64,000 nucleotides of DNA. Source: an uncultured Thermococci archaeon. GTDB taxonomy: Archaea > Methanobacteriota_B > Thermococci > Methanofastidiosales > Methanofastidiosaceae. Under the pieces are notes generated by a model. It worked only from the letters and a program-made list of their open reading frames with translations. It was not told where the DNA came from and searched no databases. Of this stretch, positions 1 to 8,520 are shown one piece after another. The stretch's first letter is position 1, and each line of letters starts with the position of its first letter. The translations under genes and the position numbers were made by a program. Where the stretch lies: the NCBI GenBank assembly GCA_964500005.1, contig CAZCMP010000004.1, forward strand, positions 97,816 through 161,815, read 5' to 3'.

Positions 1-1
1 C

Positions 2-802
2 AAAGGATTTGCCGTTATAGGACACCAAGACTGTGTTTGGACCAATGTGAGAAAGGAATTCATTCAAAGCCGCGGGTTCTTGATTTAAATCTCTCAAAAA
101 ATACTGATTTATTGAAAGTTTTCCCCCGTCAAACTTTGCTACGCCAATAAGGATTATAGGCCTATTAAATAATCCCAATGTTTCAATATCAAAGAAAACG
201 AAATCTTCTTTCTCGTGAAATCCAGAGCAGCAATATGCAAGCTCATCAGATTTTGATAGCCAGTGGGATATCTTATCCATTATATTTTTAGTATTCATTG
301 ATTCAATCAAATCTACACACTGTTTTGCCTCGCTTGAAAAATTAGGGTGATAAACTAGATCTTCTATTGTTTTATAGCCCCTCTTTCTAAGATACTTTTT
401 TTTCGTATCCCCAATCCCATAAATTAATCTAGTTTCTGATAAAATTTTTTCTTTTGCCTTTTCCCTTGAGAATTTTTTTAGTTCTGATTTTATCTCCTGA
501 TTTACTGTGAATACACTTCCAAATCCTGTATTCGTTTCAGCACCACAAATTGCTTCTGAAATATCAATGCCTTGATATTTTTCTATCAGTTTAGTTTTTA
601 GCTTCTGTGCATTCTGGTACTCTATGTAATTTAGGCCGAAAGGCATGCCGTAGAAAAAATCATCTTTTATGTCTTCATTTTCTTCGATTATCTCGTATTC
701 TTTTACCGAGTCGATCTTTGATCTATAACTCTTACCTATACCGTTAAACGGGGATTTATTGTAGGTATCATTGCCCTTATCTGACTTAATCTCGGTAGAC
801 AT
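2..802 (-). CDS. RNase H-like (YprB/RNase_H_2) exonuclease-domain protein, 3' end runs off the window
   Basis: Manual translation from ATG at 802 stays open to the window edge. It contains an HhH-like LIYGIG and DFVFFDIETLGL...LVSYNGKSF, typical of YprB-like exonucleases. Not in the ORF track. Confidence 0.75.
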   Translation of the reverse strand, partial: MSTEIKSDKGNDTYNKSPFNGIGKSYRSKIDSVKEYEIIEENEDIKDDFFYGMPFGLNYIEYQNAQKLKTKLIEKYQGIDISEAICGAETNTGFGSVFTVNQEIKSELKKFSREKAKEKILSETRLIYGIGDTKKKYLRKRGYKTIEDLVYHPNFSSEAKQCVDLIESMNTKNIMDKISHWLSKSDELAYCCSGFHEKEDFVFFDIETLGLFNRPIILIGVAKFDGGKLSINQYFLRDLNQEPAALNEFLSHIGPNTVLVSYNGKSF

Positions 803-901
803 AAACTCACAAGGTTATAGAATTGACTAGTAATTTTTAGTTACCAATTTCTATTTAAAAGTTGTTATTATAAAATAGTAATAAAAAAATAAATTAAATT
901 T

Positions 902-2419
902 TTAATCCACAACTAGTTCCAACTCAACTATATCGGTCTTTCCTTTTCTATTGTATACAACTGCTTTTATTTGATAGTTTCCTTGGGGTACGTTTGGTGA
1001 CACAGTTAAAGTTAAAGTATATGTCCCTAAATTGTGCGCCTTTATTATCTGAGAAGCTGGATCTACCTTATAGGAAACTCCCTCCGGCAAGCCTTCAAAT
1101 CTTACACCAACGCCTGTTTGTGTTACAAATCCTCTGTTTTCTACTTGGGCAATTAAGCTTTGGGTTCCTGGTGAAATTTCTAGTGGTGCAATTACTTTAC
1201 CATCAAGTACTACGTTAGTTCCCCTGTCAATAAGTGAAACAATATTTCCATCAGGCTCTGCTTCGATTCCTGAATCACCTAACGAGATTATATTGCCGCC
1301 TATTGCTATTGGCCCTCTTAAGATTACCAATTGCTCTAAATCCAATAATGGGTATAACAGTATCGCGATAACCTTCTCTTTTGGCTCATCAGGCGGAGAG
1401 GAACAATCGCTTACTGTAACAGTCACCTTTGCTATGTTGGATGAATAATCGCCGTTTCTCACTGTGTAGCTGAATTCATAATTTCCAGGTTTGCCGGGTG
1501 CACAGTAGTAAACTTTGTCACCAGCCGGTGTGGCTGTGCCATCAGTAGCTGGGTCGACTACTGTTATTACGGGTGATGGCCCATAGTTTGAATCGTTACC
1601 AAGGACATACAGATTGGAGCAAGAGTTACTGCATACAGAAAATGAGTCATCGTTTGCAACTGGCGGTGTACCCGAGCTACAATCGTTTACCGTTACTGTT
1701 ACCTTTGCTTTGTTGGATGTATTTGCCCCATTTCTGACCGTGTAGTTGAAGTCATATGTTCCTGGTGTTTCTGGGGCGCAGTAGTAAATCTTGTCACCAG
1801 AAGGTGTGGCTGCGCCGCCAGTAGCTGGGTCGACTACTGTTATTACTGGTGAAGTGCCGTAGTTCGAATCATTAGCAAGGACATACAGATTAATGCAAGA
1901 GTTACTGCATACAGAAAATGAGTCTGGATTTGCAACTGGATTACTGGGGCAGTTAATATTTATGTTGACTTGTATGGTAATATTTTCTGGGCCACATCCC
2001 CCCTCCCCAAGCTTATGCGCAGTAAAGGTAAAAGAATCCTTAAGGCCACAATAGCTTGGATCTGTGGCAGTATACTGGATAGCTTGATTGTTAAAACGGT
2101 GCACAGTACCAGCAAGGCTATTACATGTTATCAAACCACATCCAAATGGTGCCCCAGTTGATATATTGGGGTCATCTATCTCATAATTTGAACTTCCAAG
2201 ACAATCAGTAATGTTATAATCATCAAATCTATTTATCAAATCTGCATTAATGTTAATTAGGATAGGTGTGTTTAAATTGGCGGTGATGAATCCATCAAAA
2301 ACAATTGGGAATGTGCATGGTGGGCATGTGGGCTTACCCCCTATCACGACTGCAAAGTTAGAAATAGTAGCTGAGATTAAAACTAATGTTATTAATATGG
2401 AAATTACTCCTTTTTTCAT
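902..2419 (-). CDS. Secreted Cys-rich protein with tandem cadherin/Ig-like (Big_9-type) domains and a C-terminal Ig-like domain
   Basis: GGAGG SD before ATG 2419 (MKKGVISILITLVLIS signal peptide); PVANxDSFSV...VLxND...YTV repeats. Confidence 0.75.
   Translation of the reverse strand: MKKGVISILITLVLISATISNFAVVIGGKPTCPPCTFPIVFDGFITANLNTPILININADLINRFDDYNITDCLGSSNYEIDDPNISTGAPFGCGLITCNSLAGTVHRFNNQAIQYTATDPSYCGLKDSFTFTAHKLGEGGCGPENITIQVNININCPSNPVANPDSFSVCSNSCINLYVLANDSNYGTSPVITVVDPATGGAATPSGDKIYYCAPETPGTYDFNYTVRNGANTSNKAKVTVTVNDCSSGTPPVANDDSFSVCSNSCSNLYVLGNDSNYGPSPVITVVDPATDGTATPAGDKVYYCAPGKPGNYEFSYTVRNGDYSSNIAKVTVTVSDCSSPPDEPKEKVIAILLYPLLDLEQLVILRGPIAIGGNIISLGDSGIEAEPDGNIVSLIDRGTNVVLDGKVIAPLEISPGTQSLIAQVENRGFVTQTGVGVRFEGLPEGVSYKVDPASQIIKAHNLGTYTLTLTVSPNVPQGNYQIKAVVYNRKGKTDIVELELVVD
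1388..1939. repeat. Intragenic tandem duplication, 2 x 276 nt (92 aa)
   Basis: gggtcgacta at 1551 and 1827; the two protein repeats align from PVAN to PVAN. Confidence 0.9.
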
Positions 2420-2493
2420 AATTCCTCCATTTCTAGTTAGTTCGGATGCAATATAGCATACTTGATAGATGTACATATATAAATAATTTGCGG

Positions 2494-2555
2494 TTATTCC
2501 AAATATTTACGCGATAGATTTAGAATAGGTTGTAAATATTCCAATTTGGAAATAA
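2494..2555. promoter_or_regulatory. Inverted-repeat operator candidate next to the minus-strand TATA box of the 902-2419 gene
   Basis: aatatttac (2502-2510) and gtaaatatt (2532-2540) form a perfect 9-bp IR, nested in an imperfect ttattccaaat/atttggaaataa IR. Confidence 0.35.
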
Positions 2556-2599
2556 TGTTTATTAAATTAAGAAAAAAATTCTAAATAAAAGAAAAAGGA

Positions 2600-4312
2600 T
2601 TAATCCACTATTAGATTAAACTCTACCCTGTCTGTGATTCCCCTTCTCGAATATGAAACTGCTTTTATCGGGTATGTTCCAGAAGGAGTTGTTGACGGAA
2701 CTGTTAAGGTTAGAGTGTATGTCCCAGTATTATGTCCCTTGATCTTCTGAGTTAGTGGTTCTATTGCAAATGTTACTCCTTGTGGCAATCCCTCTAATCT
2801 AACGCCTGCATCTATCTGAGTTAGGAAACCTTTGTTTTTTACTTGGACGATAAGGCTCTGTGTCCCCGGTACAATTTCTAGAGGAGAAACTACTTTCCCA
2901 CCAAAAATAACATCTGTTCCAGATGATGGTACTGTTAGTTGTACAATGTCTATGCCTGGGTAAAGTATTGAAGGCGGGAGGAGCTTCTTTTCCTCTTCAG
3001 TAATGCAATCATTAACGATCACAGTTACTGTTGCTGTGTTTGATGTTACCTCTCCATCTGTAAATGTATAGTCAAAGAAGTATGTTCCTGTTGTTTTGGG
3101 TGCACAGTATTTGATCTTGCCGTTAGATAATTCTGCTGTGCCTCCTGTTGGAGTTCCAATAAAATTGATCTGTGGTGATGCGCCCTTGTTAATATCATTA
3201 CTAAGGACGTCTATTGTAACACATGCTTCTTTGCAGACTTCTGCTGAGTCGGCATTTGCAATTGGTTGCTCACCGTTGTCATTTGAACAGATTATTCCTA
3301 TCACTACTTTGATAGTAATGGGGTCTGGTATATCCCCTCCGGCCCCAACTTTGTCTGCAAGAAATGTCAGCGTATCTGTTTGCCCACAGTATCCACTACA
3401 GTCTAGAATAGAATAGTCAATCTGGTTTCCTTGACCTGCAAAAACTGCTGTTCCGGGGTTTGGGTTAACAAGAAACATGCTCCCCTTATAGTTAGCTGTG
3501 GGATAACAAGTTCTGGCTGCTTCATTGACATTGATATAATCATATGTGGTGCTACCTACTATAATATCCCCAGTAGCGCAATTATAATCTACATAATAAG
3601 TACAATCTGGTATTGGCGGAGAATTACAAGTAACTGTTACATTAACTTGTACTGTCTTTCCTCCTGCAGTAAATGTAAAACTATCAGGTCCACTGTAACC
3701 TGAAACAGGGGTGTACCTAATCATTCTATTGCTAATTACAGATACGCTGCCATGAGATGGATTTGTATGGCTCTGATAATGATTATTATTAGCCGATATA
3801 CATGAGATTAAATCAAAATCGATGTTCTCATAACTGTCACAATTAACTGAAAAGCTATGGGTGCAATCTGCTCCTGGTGTTCCAGCTTGGATTGTTACTG
3901 TACTTGAAGAAGTTGCTACGCATGACGCCCTATCCCCGGGGGGTCCAGTAGATTCGGTAGCACTTCCAGTAAAATAGACTGTGCCTACTGACCCTGCCGT
4001 ATATATCCATGTAAAGTCCCTGTACTGGCCTACTGGTATGTCCTGGGTGCCAACAGGCGGACCCCCAGGAGGAGTAGCGGATCCAGTGTCTCCACTTGAT
4101 ACACTTATCGAGGGTTGGACACTAATCGCTGCGTTAGCTCCTGTGTTAGTGACTCTCATTGTCACAGTTATAGAATCCCCAATATCAACTGTTGAAGGAG
4201 TAGCGGATATTGATGCTGAAATAGTGGTATCTGGGGCCGCAAAAGCAAAACTAGAAAATACAGTTGAAATTAATACTAACATTACCATTATTGAGATTAT
4301 TTTATTTTTGAT
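2600..4312 (-). CDS. Secreted Ig-like/cadherin-like domain protein, paralog of 902-2419; likely non-AUG start at 4312/4315, first ATG at 4288
   Basis: Signal peptide; Big_9-like PIANADSAEVC...VLSND repeat; C-terminal ~110 aa clearly homologous to the neighbour. Confidence 0.75.
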   Translation of the reverse strand: MKNKIISIMVMLVLISTVFSSFAFAAPDTTISASISATPSTVDIGDSITVTMRVTNTGANAAISVQPSISVSSGDTGSATPPGGPPVGTQDIPVGQYRDFTWIYTAGSVGTVYFTGSATESTGPPGDRASCVATSSSTVTIQAGTPGADCTHSFSVNCDSYENIDFDLISCISANNNHYQSHTNPSHGSVSVISNRMIRYTPVSGYSGPDSFTFTAGGKTVQVNVTVTCNSPPIPDCTYYVDYNCATGDIIVGSTTYDYINVNEAARTCYPTANYKGSMFLVNPNPGTAVFAGQGNQIDYSILDCSGYCGQTDTLTFLADKVGAGGDIPDPITIKVVIGIICSNDNGEQPIANADSAEVCKEACVTIDVLSNDINKGASPQINFIGTPTGGTAELSNGKIKYCAPKTTGTYFFDYTFTDGEVTSNTATVTVIVNDCITEEEKKLLPPSILYPGIDIVQLTVPSSGTDVIFGGKVVSPLEIVPGTQSLIVQVKNKGFLTQIDAGVRLEGLPQGVTFAIEPLTQKIKGHNTGTYTLTLTVPSTTPSGTYPIKAVSYSRRGITDRVEFNLIVD

Positions 4313-4539
4313 AATAATCTACCTCCACTACTATTGGTTATCAATATTGTTAATAATAATTTTAAGTTTAAATGGTTTGCGGTTGTCGCAGTCTCTATCG
4401 TCAAACGACTTCAAAAATAAAAATCAGCCTCGAATCTAACCCGCAATAGATATAAAGCGTTTCGCCACTTTTCGTATCAAAGCACAGAAAAAGAATTGCG
4501 AGAAAAGACAAAACAGTTGAGATTTGGAGAGAGATTCTT

Positions 4540-4833
4540 TTGAGAGAGATAAGTGATGAGAAGCTTACAAAATATTTTGAGATAGCAGGAAAAGCCTTTG
4601 ATGATCTAAAGATAAATCCGCCTAAAGGCTCCCACATGGAAAAGGTCGCAAACGACTACCTTGATATGGCAAAAAGGTATTATGCAGATGCAAAGTATTT
4701 CAAAGAAAAAGGGGATTATGTCACGGCGTTTGCTTGCCTAAACTACCTGCATGGCTACCTTGATGCGGGGGCCAGGCTTGGGGTATTCAAGGTTTCAACA
4801 ACTGAGTACTTTGCTTTTGAGGAGGAGAGGTGA
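4540..4833 (+). CDS. DUF357 domain protein
   Basis: DYLDMAKRYYADAKYFKEKGDYVTAFACLNYLHGYLDAGARLG pattern. Confidence 0.85.
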   Translation: MREISDEKLTKYFEIAGKAFDDLKINPPKGSHMEKVANDYLDMAKRYYADAKYFKEKGDYVTAFACLNYLHGYLDAGARLGVFKVSTTEYFAFEEER

Positions 4834-4837
4834 TTAG

Positions 4838-5203
4838 TTGGATTACAAAGTTACGTTAGAAGTTCCAATTATTGTGAGGGATATAAAGACAGGCGAAGAT
4901 GCGATAAAGGTTGCGATGTCAAATGTTAATAAAAAGCTAAAAGCCGCTAAGCTTGATTATGTAAAGGTCGAGATTGGCATGTCGCAGTGCCCAAAATGTG
5001 GTGACTACTTTGAAAGCTCATTTTTTGTAGGCGATGTTTCCCTTGTGGGGATCTACCTTACACTGGACATATTTAACGCTGAAAACATAAAGCACGCAGA
5101 AAACATAGCAAAATCTGTCGTTGGAAAAGCGCTAAAGGACGTTCCTTTCAAGACGTTTGAGGTAAAGGAGCGGGTGGAAAAGGTCAGAAAGAAGCGTCGA
5201 TGA
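4838..5203 (+). CDS. DUF555 / UPF0212 family protein
   Basis: YKVTLEVPIIVRD...CPKCG...LVGIYLTLDIFNAE..HAENIAKSVVGKALKDVP; SD AGGTGAT before TTG. Confidence 0.8.
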   Translation: MDYKVTLEVPIIVRDIKTGEDAIKVAMSNVNKKLKAAKLDYVKVEIGMSQCPKCGDYFESSFFVGDVSLVGIYLTLDIFNAENIKHAENIAKSVVGKALKDVPFKTFEVKERVEKVRKKRR

Positions 5204-5849
5204 TGCCGGGATCTCCTATATCGTAATAGACTGATTCCCCCTCTTTTTTATAGGGGTGCCTCAGTAGCGTTGCTTTCCTCTTGTTGTTATTCTGCTCTTC
5301 CTTTTCAAGCTTAACGATCAGTTTGGACCAGTATTTTAGGACCTCCCCGCCGATGGGGACCTTCTCTTTGCTGCCAGAAACATCGTCGTAGACCTGGTTT
5401 GTGATCACTAAGGGTATGTTAAAATCTCTAGCAATCCGGGATAGAATCAATAGATCGTTACCAAGCTGCCTTGCTAGCTCCGTCCTCTTCTTGTGATCGT
5501 ATCCTTCTAGCCGGTACAGTGATACTAAAGAGTCAACACAAACAAAACCGATCCTTGTGCTCATTATCTTCTCAAGCTTTGCAACAGATTGCTGTTGGGT
5601 GGCATAGTCCCTTGGCTGGAAAACTATTATTTCCTCTAGGTTTTTTACACCCATAAGAGATAGCCTCTTTGGAGAAAATCCGCCTTCTGTGTCAATGAAG
5701 ACTGATTTTTTGTCTCGCAAGAGGGAGTACTTGCAACACATCAGGCATATCGTAGTCTTGCCTGTTGCATGCTCTCCATAAAACTGCGTTATGACCCCCT
5801 CTGGTATCCCGTCTATTAAAAGGTCCAAAGGGTTTCCGCCAAACTTTAT
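5184..5849 (-). CDS. radB: DNA repair and recombination protein RadB (start probably ATA 5849; ORF track uses GTG 5858)
   Basis: Walker A GEHATGKT, FIDTEGGFS, VDSLVSLYR, ITNQVY, GGEVLKYWSK. Confidence 0.9.
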   Translation of the reverse strand: MKFGGNPLDLLIDGIPEGVITQFYGEHATGKTTICLMCCKYSLLRDKKSVFIDTEGGFSPKRLSLMGVKNLEEIIVFQPRDYATQQQSVAKLEKIMSTRIGFVCVDSLVSLYRLEGYDHKKRTELARQLGNDLLILSRIARDFNIPLVITNQVYDDVSGSKEKVPIGGEVLKYWSKLIVKLEKEEQNNNKRKATLLRHPYKKEGESVYYDIGDPGIIDASF

Positions 5850-5936
5850 TTTAATCACCTTTAATACTACACCAATAAAACCTTAATTTATTTATAAAGT
5901 ATATTCCAACTCTCTGCTAAACAAACATAGAAAATC

Positions 5937-5946
5937 TTTTATATAG
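5937..5946 (+). promoter_or_regulatory. Archaeal TATA box of tRNA-Val
   Basis: aaaatctttttatatag about 25 nt upstream of the tRNA. Confidence 0.6.
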
Positions 5947-5966
5947 AGAGTCTAGTTTTGATTTAA

Positions 5967-6043
5967 GGGCCCATGGTCTAGTTGGTCATGACGTCACCTC
6001 GACACGGTGGAGGTCCTGAGTTCGAATCTCAGTGGGCCCACCA
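5967..6043 (+). tRNA. tRNA-Val (GAC), CCA encoded
   Basis: GGGCCCA/TGGGCCC acceptor stem, TCACC/GGTGG anticodon stem with loop TC-GAC-AC, TTCGAAT T-loop, ACCA, then a T-run. Confidence 0.95.
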
Positions 6044-6062
6044 TCTTTTTTAATGTGAATGT

Positions 6063-6731
6063 ATGGAAAATTCAAACTCTTATAATAAAGAAGCGATACG
6101 AGAGATTATAGATATCTATTCATCTATTAAAGACGGCGTAGAAGAGCGTCTAGATGAGTTTGTCCAAATTTGGGAAAATGAGAGTGAGGAAAACCTTTTT
6201 TCAGAGCTCGCGTTTTGCCTTTTGACCCCGCAATCCAAAGCTAAGATGTGCTGGGATTCTATATGCACACTCAAAGAAAATAATGTCTTAATTAATGGAA
6301 GCGAAGAAGAAGTCCTAGATTGCCTTTACGGCGTCCGATTTAAGTATAAGAAATCGAAGTATATCGTTGAAGTCCGAGAACTATTCAAAGTAGATGGAAA
6401 GATTTCTGTAAAGAAATTAATTGAAAATAGGAATACACCTTTTGAAATCCGGGAGTGGCTTGTAGAAAATGTGAAGGGTATGGGACACAAGGAGGCGAGC
6501 CATTTCTTACGAAACGTTGGGAAGGGCAGAGACTTAGCAATCCTTGACAGGCACATCTTAAAGAACATGAAATTAATAGGCGTAATTGAAAAGATACCTG
6601 ATTCTATGCCACCGAAAAAATATTTAGAGCTTGAGGGTATTTTGAGAGATTTCTCAAGTGAGATTGGGATCCCGATGGATCATTTGGATATAGTGCTGTG
6701 GTACAAGGAAACTAAAGAGATATTCAAATAA
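6063..6731 (+). CDS. ogg: 8-oxoguanine DNA glycosylase / N-glycosylase-DNA lyase
   Basis: ELAFCLLTPQSKA, GVRF, HhH KGMGHKEASHFLRNVG, LAILDRHIL. Confidence 0.9.
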   Translation: MENSNSYNKEAIREIIDIYSSIKDGVEERLDEFVQIWENESEENLFSELAFCLLTPQSKAKMCWDSICTLKENNVLINGSEEEVLDCLYGVRFKYKKSKYIVEVRELFKVDGKISVKKLIENRNTPFEIREWLVENVKGMGHKEASHFLRNVGKGRDLAILDRHILKNMKLIGVIEKIPDSMPPKKYLELEGILRDFSSEIGIPMDHLDIVLWYKETKEIFK

Positions 6732-6755
6732 TTAAAATGTTTGATATAAAAAAAG

Positions 6756-6980
6756 CTACCTATAATATTCAAATTCTTCCTGTGTTAGCCCAGAATCTTT
6801 TATTATTCTCATTAATGTACCTTTCTTCAGTTCTTCGTGTAGTGGCACTGTAATCTTGATAAGTCCATTTTCACCTACTTTTTCAAGTCGGACATGTGAG
6901 CCTTTTTGCCTTACCACAATAAATCCTGCTCTCTTCAAAATTTTAATTACGTCCAAGCCAGAAAGAACAGCAGAGCTCAT
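6756..6980 (-). CDS. hicA: HicA family toxin
   Basis: GFIVVRQKGSHVRL...VPLHEELKKGTLMRIIK. Confidence 0.9.
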   Translation of the reverse strand: MSSAVLSGLDVIKILKRAGFIVVRQKGSHVRLEKVGENGLIKITVPLHEELKKGTLMRIIKDSGLTQEEFEYYR

Positions 6981-7177
6981 ATGGCCACTTCGAGCCTTTC
7001 TCCGGGATACTCCATAAGCTCATTTATGTCTGGCTCTAGGTAAAGCTCTATAGCTTCTCTTATATTATCCAAGGCTTCAGCTTTAGTTTCCCCTTGGGAG
7101 ATGCATCCCGGGAGTGAAGGAACATAAACAGTGAAACCTCCCTCCTCTTGGAGCTCCAAAACTACTGTTAGTTTCAT
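6977..7177 (-). CDS. hicB: HicB family antitoxin (short form)
   Basis: EEGGFTVYVPSLPGCISQGETKAEALDNIREAIELYLE; 4-nt overlap with hicA. Confidence 0.9.
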   Translation of the reverse strand: MKLTVVLELQEEGGFTVYVPSLPGCISQGETKAEALDNIREAIELYLEPDINELMEYPGERLEVAI

Positions 7178-7245
7178 ATAATCTAATTAATAATAAAGGA
7201 TATATAAAATTGATGCATAGGTAAGCTAGAACGCCTAGAAAAATC

Positions 7246-7368
7246 AATAAGAAAAGAAAAAAATAAATTTATTCTTTGTCTTTGTTTCCGAGCCCGAACT
7301 TCTTCATGATCCAGTCCATTGGGAGCGATTTCTTTGTTTCACAAACGACGTCAAGGTTGGCAAGGTAG
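7246..7368. repeat. Dispersed direct repeat, copy 1 of 2 (other copy from 16058)
   Basis: 33 nt identical (7246-7278 = 16058-16090), then about 90 nt of high similarity. Confidence 0.9.
7269..7367 (-). pseudogene. 3' remnant (32 codons) of a beta-propeller surface-protein paralog
   Basis: Translates to YLANLDVVCETKKSLPMDWIMKKFGLGNKDKE*, nearly identical to the C-terminus of 16081-17172. Confidence 0.85.
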
Positions 7369-8483
7369 TGCAAGTGGATGGACTAAGTGGGGAGCAGTAC
7401 AACGTTTTCATACCCAATCCACTTCCCCCAAAGATAGAATTTGATGATGATCTCGTGCTCGTTTTGTCAAAGGCGGAAGAGAAACTTGGTAAACTATCCG
7501 GAGTAGGCCTTACCCTTCCAAGCCCCAATCTCCTTATTGTGCCTTATCTAAGAAAAGAGGCTATAATGAGCACCAGGATAGAGGGGACAAGGATCTCCCT
7601 GCAAGAAGTGTTGCTGTCTGAAGCAAAAGAGAAGGAAGAGAAAACAAAAGATGCACAAGAGGTCATAAATTACATAAACACTGTTAATTATGCCCTAACT
7701 AAAATCGAAAATTCCCCCATCAATCTGGATCTGATAAAGGGCATGCATAAGGTTTTAATGGAAGATGTTAGGGGAAATGAAAAGGCGCCTGGAGAATTTA
7801 GGGAAGTCCAGAACTGGATTGGGTCTGAATTTTCCAAGGTTTCAGACGCCATTTTTGTCCCTCCAAATCCAGAAGCTGTCCCTAAATTAATGGAAGATCT
7901 AATCGATTATCTTAACACAGAGCATAATGTTCCGGTTCTTGTCAGGTGCGCATTGATGCATTACCAGTTTGAAACCGTCCATCCCTTCTGTGACGGTAAT
8001 GGCAGGATAGGGAGAAGCCTGATAACGGTCTACCTATGCAAGAAAAAGAAGATAATAAAACCCCTTTTGTACATCAGTGAGTTTTTTGAAAAGCACAGAA
8101 TGGAATACAATGAACTCTTTTTGAGGACCGGCCAAACAGGTAAATTTGAGAGCTGGATTAAGTTTTTCTTGAAAGCTATTGAAGTCCAATCCGAGGACGC
8201 ATTGTTAAGGGCGCATAAACTTTTGGAGCTAAGGGAAGCTTACAGAAAGAGGGTCCAGAGCGAAGCGCAGTCTAGTGACATTCTAAACATAATCGATTAC
8301 TTGTTTTCAAATCCGTTTATTACGGTCAAGAAGGCCCAACTGATCACAGGTGTTACATATCCAACGGCGAAGAAGTATATGGAAAAATTAGCTAAATATG
8401 AAATCTTAAAAGAAACAAAGCGCCTGCAAAGAGAAAAAACATTTGTGGCCCACGAGATTTACGAGATAATCAAGGATATCTAA
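7368..8483 (+). CDS. Fic family protein (class II with C-terminal wHTH), possibly 5'-truncated
   Basis: Fic motif HPFCDGNGRIGR; inhibitory helix STRIEG; FIPNPLPP N-terminus. Confidence 0.9.
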   Translation: MQVDGLSGEQYNVFIPNPLPPKIEFDDDLVLVLSKAEEKLGKLSGVGLTLPSPNLLIVPYLRKEAIMSTRIEGTRISLQEVLLSEAKEKEEKTKDAQEVINYINTVNYALTKIENSPINLDLIKGMHKVLMEDVRGNEKAPGEFREVQNWIGSEFSKVSDAIFVPPNPEAVPKLMEDLIDYLNTEHNVPVLVRCALMHYQFETVHPFCDGNGRIGRSLITVYLCKKKKIIKPLLYISEFFEKHRMEYNELFLRTGQTGKFESWIKFFLKAIEVQSEDALLRAHKLLELREAYRKRVQSEAQSSDILNIIDYLFSNPFITVKKAQLITGVTYPTAKKYMEKLAKYEILKETKRLQREKTFVAHEIYEIIKDI

Positions 8484-8520
8484 AGCTCATAGAGGATAAA
8501 AATAAAAAAATATGGATTTA

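Noticed and set aside
7304-7528. 74-aa minus-strand ORF across the Fic junction
   Set aside because: It is antisense to Fic and has no start context. The meaningful minus-strand frame is the propeller remnant.
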